Source: a virus
Taxonomy: Duplodnaviria > Caudoviricetes
Virus record (IMG/VR): IMGVR_UViG_3300017700_000484
Coordinates: 1-39,055 of that record
Direction: 5' to 3' (one strand)
Length of the DNA stretch: 39,055 nt
Position numbers and translations under genes: made by a program. Below the pieces are notes generated by a model. The model was not told the DNA's origin. It saw only the letters and a list, made by a program, of their open reading frames with translations, and ran no database searches. Position 1 is the first letter of the stretch; every line of letters starts with the position of its first letter. This document shows positions 34,076-39,055 of the stretch, in pieces.

Positions 34076-34298
34076 CGACTTCACGTTGCTTCTCCTGTTG
34101 ATCCTGGCGAACGGCTTCTGTCTCCGTCGCCACCTTATCCAGCGCATCGACGGTTACGGTCGCCTGTCGCGCCTCCGCTACGGCCCGGTTCGCGCGGGCT
34201 TCCTGAAAGCGGTATGCGCCGTATAGGGCGAGGATCAGCGCGACAACGCCAATGCCGATCCAGACCTTGAGGGGGAATAGGCGGAGGATGGTGGTCAT
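33987..34298 (-). CDS. Inner-membrane spanin (Rz-like)
   Basis: N-terminal TM plus coiled coil, directly after the endolysin. Confidence 0.75.
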   Translation of the reverse strand: MTTILRLFPLKVWIGIGVVALILALYGAYRFQEARANRAVAEARQATVTVDALDKVATETEAVRQDQQEKQREVDEIPGSSDRLPDGYGDALERVRRGNSDSR

Positions 34299-34900
34299 GA
34301 CGCATACATCTCCGCTTCAGCAGCCCGACGCCGCACAAGGCCGTTCATGACCTTGCCGTCGTTCTTGTTCCACATGGCGAACGCGGCCTGTGCGCCTGCG
34401 TAGTCGCCAGCCTTGTGCTTGCGGGCCACGGTCGATCCTGTGAACGCCCCGACGCCGATGTTATAGGCCAGCGACACCATCGCGTCGAACTGGCCCTGTG
34501 TGACCGGAGCGCCGTTTAGGGCGTGTAGAACGCCGCCTTCAAACTTGGCCAAGTCCTGCTCAAACTTGTCGTTGGCGTATTGCTGCGTCCAGATGTCGGT
34601 TAGCTTGATGGGCTTGCCAAACAGGTCAGACGTTGACCCCCAACCAATCGTGATCGGCAGTCCGTCTTTTGATCCAGGGTCTTTGTAGGCATGGGCGCGA
34701 AATGACTCCATGCTGTGAATGAGGTCGATGGCCCGTTTTGAGGCCTTCATACCGGGCGGCATAGGCGGGATAACCAGCCCATACTTAGCCTCCCACGCGC
34801 GGAGGGTGTTTGCCCCAGCCCATCCATCCGGCGCGACGCCAAGGTGTTTCTGCACCCGCTTGACGAACGCTTCGTTGTCGGTGGTTTTCTTGCTGGACAC
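34295..34900 (-). CDS. Endolysin (GH24 lysozyme with N-terminal peptidoglycan-binding-like segment)
   Basis: VQKHLGVAPDGWAGANT; E..AYKD..TIGWG; QFDAMVSLAYNIG; GLVRRRAAE. Confidence 0.92.
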   Translation of the reverse strand: MSSKKTTDNEAFVKRVQKHLGVAPDGWAGANTLRAWEAKYGLVIPPMPPGMKASKRAIDLIHSMESFRAHAYKDPGSKDGLPITIGWGSTSDLFGKPIKLTDIWTQQYANDKFEQDLAKFEGGVLHALNGAPVTQGQFDAMVSLAYNIGVGAFTGSTVARKHKAGDYAGAQAAFAMWNKNDGKVMNGLVRRRAAEAEMYAS

Positions 34901-34921
34901 GCGCCCTCCGTAAAATCGTGC

Positions 34922-34951
34922 TTGACCTTTATAGCGTGTTTGCGGCAGTGT
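34922..34951 (+). promoter_or_regulatory. Putative ncRNA promoter overlapping a divergent endolysin -10 (GCTATAAA, minus strand)
   Basis: TTGACC-18 nt-CAGTGT. Confidence 0.4.
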
Positions 34952-34956
34952 GGTTA

Positions 34957-35107
34957 GGCGAGCGGGGCCGCATTAGCTTGCGGGCATCATCTAACTAAGA
35001 CAAGGCGATAGAAGGGTCTTAGCTGCGAATCTCCTAACACCCATTGGAGACCCCGAAAGGGATAGCAGAAATCGCTACGAGTAGGATTTGCACCCTACAC
35101 GCTCGCA
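34957..35107 (+). ncRNA. Structured ~150-nt non-coding RNA (multi-hairpin junction)
   Basis: Closing stem GCGAGCG/CGCTCGC encloses six hairpins including CCC-GAAA-GGG; followed by a terminator. Confidence 0.6.
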
Positions 35108-35112
35108 CACCG

Positions 35113-35149
35113 AACGCCCCGCTGGATTGAACCCCCGGCGGGGCGTTTT
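35113..35149 (+). terminator. Rho-independent terminator
   Basis: AACGCCCCGCTGG..CCGGCGGGGCG-TTTT. Confidence 0.75.
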
Positions 35150-35225
35150 GGTGTTTGACGCGGGGTGTGGTAGCGTTCGGATGCGGTGATATTGCCGCGC
35201 CTAGCCTCTGCGGAGGCCGAGGAGA

Positions 35226-35576
35226 ATGACTATGAAGCCCGGACTTAATGTCGAATATCGTGTGCGCGAAATCAAACGCTACACGGTCACCCGTCACGAA
35301 ACGCAAGTGTCTGACGACGGCGCGGAGGCGCGTGGATCAAACCGCCAAATCGGCTCTCATTATGACAACTTCGATACCGCCTATGCGGTTGGCTATGCTC
35401 TTTGCTCTAAGGAGCATGCCGATCTGGGATACCCGCCCGCCGATGAGCGGATTCAATATCCTATCAGCGTTCCGCCCGGAACTGTTTTGACTCCTGCGGA
35501 AGAATATCCAGAACTAAAGGGCGTCAAGTCTGTGATTGCCACGGTTGACGGCGAACTAGAGGCCGTCGAGGATTAA
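35226..35576 (+). CDS. Hypothetical moron-like protein inserted in the lysis region
   Basis: GAGGAG SD; opposite strand to flanking genes; TTGACG upstream at 35155. Confidence 0.65.
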   Translation: MTMKPGLNVEYRVREIKRYTVTRHETQVSDDGAEARGSNRQIGSHYDNFDTAYAVGYALCSKEHADLGYPPADERIQYPISVPPGTVLTPAEEYPELKGVKSVIATVDGELEAVED

Positions 35577-35584
35577 CGAACCAG

Positions 35585-35612
35585 CGCCCTCGGCCTTACC
35601 CAGCCGGGGGCG
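35585..35612. terminator. Hairpin between converging genes
   Basis: CGCCCTCGGC-CTTACCCA-GCCGGGGGCG. Confidence 0.4.
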
Positions 35613-35862
35613 TATTCGTTATGGCCGTCTTGACCATTTCCCACGCCTTGGCCGTGTAGATGCCTAGAACGATGCCGCCGATGGCACCCAAGGCTATCGC
35701 CCCGTCATTTCCGTTCTCGACCTTCAGGGCGATGATAACGGCTGCAATCGCGGCAGACAGGGACGTGACGTAGATGGCAAACGGACGCGCCAGGTCGCCC
35801 ACGATGCTGCGGAACAAATCCCAACCGTGCGGCGGATTGCTATCGGGAGGCGTATCACTCAT
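35596..35862 (-). CDS. Two-TM membrane protein (holin candidate)
   Basis: MSDTPP..; two hydrophobic helices; LARPF and GIYTAKAWE motifs. Confidence 0.55.
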   Translation of the reverse strand: MSDTPPDSNPPHGWDLFRSIVGDLARPFAIYVTSLSAAIAAVIIALKVENGNDGAIALGAIGGIVLGIYTAKAWEMVKTAITNTPPAG

Positions 35863-36238
35863 CGCCACCGATCCTGGCCACCCGTGCCCACATCGCGGGG
35901 CCTGTCTTGGCGCAGAAGTACGCCATGAGGCCCGCGCCGGATGCAATGGACGCCCAAGCCTCCCAAGGCGTGTGTGGGATCAGCAGAGACTGCGTCGTAA
36001 GCATCATACCGCCAACGCATAGCCCTAAAGCCCCTCGCTCAAACCTGCTAACCGGCCCTGCAATACCGGCGATCATGGCGGACATGAACAGGATCAGCGC
36101 GCCTCGAATAACGGCGGCGACGATGGCCAGCTCGCTCATGGTCGGGAACGGCCATGTCGCCCCAATGAATATAACCAGCGCAGCAACGCCGAACAGGGCC
36201 GCGTAGAACCATGCCTCCCGATGGATGTGACGCTTCAT
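35855..36238 (-). CDS. Four-TM membrane protein
   Basis: GGAGG SD, MKRHIHREAWF..; four hydrophobic segments. Confidence 0.6.
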   Translation of the reverse strand: MKRHIHREAWFYAALFGVAALVIFIGATWPFPTMSELAIVAAVIRGALILFMSAMIAGIAGPVSRFERGALGLCVGGMMLTTQSLLIPHTPWEAWASIASGAGLMAYFCAKTGPAMWARVARIGGDE

Positions 36239-36561
36239 TGTTCGCCTCCCGGCGTGACTGATATTTTCACCTGTTTCGCCCACTGGGTAACGCGCTTGAC
36301 GATAATAGGCCCAATCGCCAGAGACAGCATCGACACCATGAACAGGGCGAACGCTGCTGCTGACGGATGGGCGTCTTGGAGAAAGCGGTGTAGCACAAAA
36401 GGGCCCGTGAAGATTGCGGCGATGAACGCCAGCATGAACCGCCACGCTTTCGTTTTCATGGTGATCGTCGCAAAGTCCGCCTGAAGCGATACGCCCCACA
36501 GCGCCCCGGCGAGCGCGGCGGAATAAGAGAATAGCTCGCCAGTCAGTGACCATTCAATCAA
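36235..36561 (-). CDS. Three-TM membrane protein (holin candidate)
   Basis: Three hydrophobic helices and a basic C-terminus; TTG start coupled to the upstream stop. Confidence 0.55.
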   Translation of the reverse strand: MIEWSLTGELFSYSAALAGALWGVSLQADFATITMKTKAWRFMLAFIAAIFTGPFVLHRFLQDAHPSAAAFALFMVSMLSLAIGPIIVKRVTQWAKQVKISVTPGGEQ

Positions 36562-37028
36562 CGTCCCGCTTCCTTACTAGCCGCACGACGAGCCAAACTA
36601 GGCCGGGGGCCACAGCCAGAAAGGCTCCTAGCGCCCTCCAAACATAATCCCACGAAGCATCTAACATCCTTGCCCCCAACGAGCGATAAAGCAGCAGCCA
36701 GAACCAAGGCGTTTACAGACCACATATACACGCCCGGAACGTAAAAGCCCAACCTATCCGCGAGGCTGAATGCGAAGTGCGCGAAAAGTAGAAGCGCCGT
36801 AATCCGCGCGGCGTTTGCGGACCTCGGTGATCCCTTAGCGGCGCACCAGAACAGCCCCCAAAATGCCACGGCATCGACGTAAAGACTGAAGTCCCACATA
36901 CCCACGGACCCCATGAAAGCGCTGACGGCCCACGACCAGACCATGACCAGAACGGCCCTTCGCGACGACGGGGTCGCCAGCGCCGCGAGAAGCACCACGG
37001 CCAAAACCAGATAATAGGCCGTCAGCAT
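36558..37028 (-). CDS. Multi-TM (4-5) membrane protein
   Basis: Highly hydrophobic, with a basic C-terminal tail. Confidence 0.6.
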   Translation of the reverse strand: MLTAYYLVLAVVLLAALATPSSRRAVLVMVWSWAVSAFMGSVGMWDFSLYVDAVAFWGLFWCAAKGSPRSANAARITALLLFAHFAFSLADRLGFYVPGVYMWSVNALVLAAALSLVGGKDVRCFVGLCLEGARSLSGCGPRPSLARRAASKEAGR

Positions 37029-37031
37029 CGG

Positions 37032-37169
37032 CTACCCTACTGTGTCGCCGTCACCACCACCGCCAGGAGGCGGGGTGCATTGCCCTCTGTGCCGCGTGTT
37101 GCAGCGGACGCAAAGGGGCGGAAGGGGGTCCTCACCGACCGGGCCTTCGCCTTCTGGATCATCAGCCAT
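37032..37169 (-). CDS. 45-aa acidic Pro/Gly-rich peptide with C-x2-C-x3-H-x3-C (not in the ORF track)
   Basis: AGGAG SD; MADDPEGEGPVGEDPLPPLCVRCNTRHRGQCTPPPGGGGDGDTVG. Confidence 0.6.
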   Translation of the reverse strand: MADDPEGEGPVGEDPLPPLCVRCNTRHRGQCTPPPGGGGDGDTVG

Positions 37170-37204
37170 CTTCGTTACTCCTGAATATCGGCGGAAGTGC
37201 CGAT

Positions 37205-38947
37205 TTAGCCAACCTTCACGGTGAACAGGTAGGACTCGCCGTCAACCGGCGTTCCAGCCCACCGAAACTGCCAGGTCGTCGTTGTTTCGCTCAGGCCAAA
37301 ATACTCAACCACCGTGAACTGACTTCCGCCGCTCCGCTGAACGCTCTGGATCATAGGCGTGTATGGAAACGGCTTGTTGAAGGTAAAGGTCACATAGGGA
37401 AACGCGGCTTGCCCGGTCCCCGCTGAGTTGACCGTAAACCTCACGCAGCCGTCATCGCCCACAACATCAGTAACCGTAGCGGCATTCCCCCACTCGCTTG
37501 TCAAGGCAAACTGACCGGACGTTGCCGCAACCCCGCGCGACATCACACGGTCTGCAATCAACGTATCGCGGTCCATGATGACGTTGCCGCGCCCCACAGT
37601 GCCAAGCGGCGTCAGTCCTTCAGGGCGCTGGATACGAACGATGTTTCGGGAGTCAGCAGAGATGCTGAGGGCGTCCACTCCGATATCTGCGACAATGTCG
37701 GCAATGTTCCCTGCGCCGGTCTGCGTATAGCCCACGCTTCCGGCCAAAGGATTGCCCGCCAAGCGCCATTGATATTGATTGGCCAGCCCTTGGCAAAGCA
37801 GAGCGCTAGTGACCGAGTATCCCCATGTATCGGCACTACAGGCCGTCCAGAAGTTTCCTTCCGTGTCTGTGTCGATGAGAGGTTTATCAACCTGGAACGT
37901 CACGATCTCGTTAAAGACGTTTTCCGCGATGATCTGCCCTGCCGTGGCGACCATGCGGATTCCGATCTGCCCCGCGACAGCACCGCCCGCGATCTCCAAG
38001 TCGGAAAAGCGATGGAAGCGAGCCGAAGCGCCAAGGGTGGTTTTAATGTCGATGCCAACCGCCGCAGCGCCAGACCCCAGGCCAAGCCGGAAGCCCTCTA
38101 GGCCTGAGTTGGTTGTGCTGTCAAACTCCAGCATGACGCCATTAAAAGCCGCGTTGAGAATACAAGACCTGGACCCAGACCCAACCAGCCGAACGCGATC
38201 AGGAACCACGATCTTTTGAGATGTGGAATAGACCCCGGCTGGCCAATAAACTGAGCCACCCTTGCCGCCTGCCGTATCGACAGAGGCGAGGGCGGCGACA
38301 ATCTTCGCGTAATCGTCCCCGCCCTGCCCCGCGCCAAAGTCGGTCACGCTGACGATGTCTCTGTTCTTTGCCTGCTGCGTCCGCGCAACCGCCCCCGTTC
38401 CCGACGCGATAACGCCCACCAGCTCCGCGCCCGTATCGTCGGCAAGGTCGGCACTCGCTACCGCCCCGATGGCAGCGAGCAATCCGGCTTGGGCGTTATC
38501 GCCGTTCCGGTTCAGCTTCCCGGCAATAGCGGGCGCAGTCGATCCTGCGGCCTCAATGGCCTGAATCTCCGCCAGGTCCGCTGCGGTCTGCGCCGCGTTG
38601 GCCGCTGCCTCATCAGCCGCTGCGTCGGCTGCGTCCGCAACCATGATGGCCACGCCCTGCGAAACAGAAAGGCCGTCGCCCGTGAACGGAATGCCAGCCG
38701 GGCCGTAGGGTGCCGAGATGCTGTAGCTGTACGTTACGGCGTCACTGGCCCAGATCGTCGGGAAACGGCCCGACGAGTTTGCAAATACCGGGTTGGACAA
38801 TGGCACCGACAGGGTGTCGTCAGCGTAGATTGACGCCAGCGCGTCCGTCTCGTTGAGATAGAAATAGGCCGAGGCAGCAGGAATCGGCGCTCCGTTATTG
38901 TCCAGAGCGGGCATCCATCCCGGCAAAAAGAGGCGACCAGCAGCCAT
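37205..38947 (-). CDS. Tailspike / receptor-binding protein with a pectate-lyase-like beta-helix
   Basis: N-terminal head-binding-like domain (LSNPVFANSSGRF); VSVTDFGA..DD..GGSVYWPAGVY beta-helix cap. Confidence 0.85.
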   Translation of the reverse strand: MAAGRLFLPGWMPALDNNGAPIPAASAYFYLNETDALASIYADDTLSVPLSNPVFANSSGRFPTIWASDAVTYSYSISAPYGPAGIPFTGDGLSVSQGVAIMVADAADAAADEAAANAAQTAADLAEIQAIEAAGSTAPAIAGKLNRNGDNAQAGLLAAIGAVASADLADDTGAELVGVIASGTGAVARTQQAKNRDIVSVTDFGAGQGGDDYAKIVAALASVDTAGGKGGSVYWPAGVYSTSQKIVVPDRVRLVGSGSRSCILNAAFNGVMLEFDSTTNSGLEGFRLGLGSGAAAVGIDIKTTLGASARFHRFSDLEIAGGAVAGQIGIRMVATAGQIIAENVFNEIVTFQVDKPLIDTDTEGNFWTACSADTWGYSVTSALLCQGLANQYQWRLAGNPLAGSVGYTQTGAGNIADIVADIGVDALSISADSRNIVRIQRPEGLTPLGTVGRGNVIMDRDTLIADRVMSRGVAATSGQFALTSEWGNAATVTDVVGDDGCVRFTVNSAGTGQAAFPYVTFTFNKPFPYTPMIQSVQRSGGSQFTVVEYFGLSETTTTWQFRWAGTPVDGESYLFTVKVG

Positions 38948-39055
38948 AATCAGTAATCCATGCTATAGTGGGCCATGATCTTGATAGTCATGGTAGCGTT
39001 TCTGTGGTGGACCGGGAACCCGTTCATTGCTGCGGCTCCTCTGCTGCTGCTTGCA
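38933..39055. repeat. Terminal direct repeat, right copy
   Basis: Identical to 1-123. Confidence 0.95.

Noticed and set aside
35034-35306. 90-aa minus-strand ORF across the ncRNA
   Set aside because: Crosses a terminator and overlaps the better-supported plus-strand gene; no SD

Overview
The window is one apparently complete, circularly assembled tailed-phage genome of about 38.9 kb. Bases 1-123 are repeated exactly at 38933-39055. It is a podovirus with P22-like virion gene order on the minus strand: TerS, TerL, portal, scaffold, capsid, gp4-like, gp10-like, gp26-position, gp14/GNAT-like, ejection proteins gp7/20/16-like, tailspike. It also carries a primase/RepA-helicase with a downstream iteron-rich putative origin, a YqaJ exonuclease-unknown-SSB recombination module, an SF2 helicase, a VRR-NUC nuclease, two DNA methyltransferases, a GcrA-like regulator, many small early genes, and a lysis module (membrane proteins, GH24 endolysin, Rz/Rz1). 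The GcrA-like gene, the SSB sequence and the promoter style point to an alphaproteobacterial host, probably Caulobacteraceae (inference). I recognised no integrase, CI repressor or DNA polymerase. Most unusual features: (1) two independently transcribed non-coding RNAs that begin with the same 9-mer GGCGAGCGG, one containing a tRNA-shaped domain with an elongated anticodon arm and the other a six-hairpin RNA beside the endolysin; (2) a GcrA-like protein with three HTH units coupled to two methyltransferases; (3) an extra fibre module with a nine-repeat ruler-like protein; (4) a leaderless antisense membrane ORF at the P22 sieA position; (5) a zinc-knuckle micro-peptide heading four membrane genes. 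All product calls come from motifs and synteny read by eye; no database searches were run.
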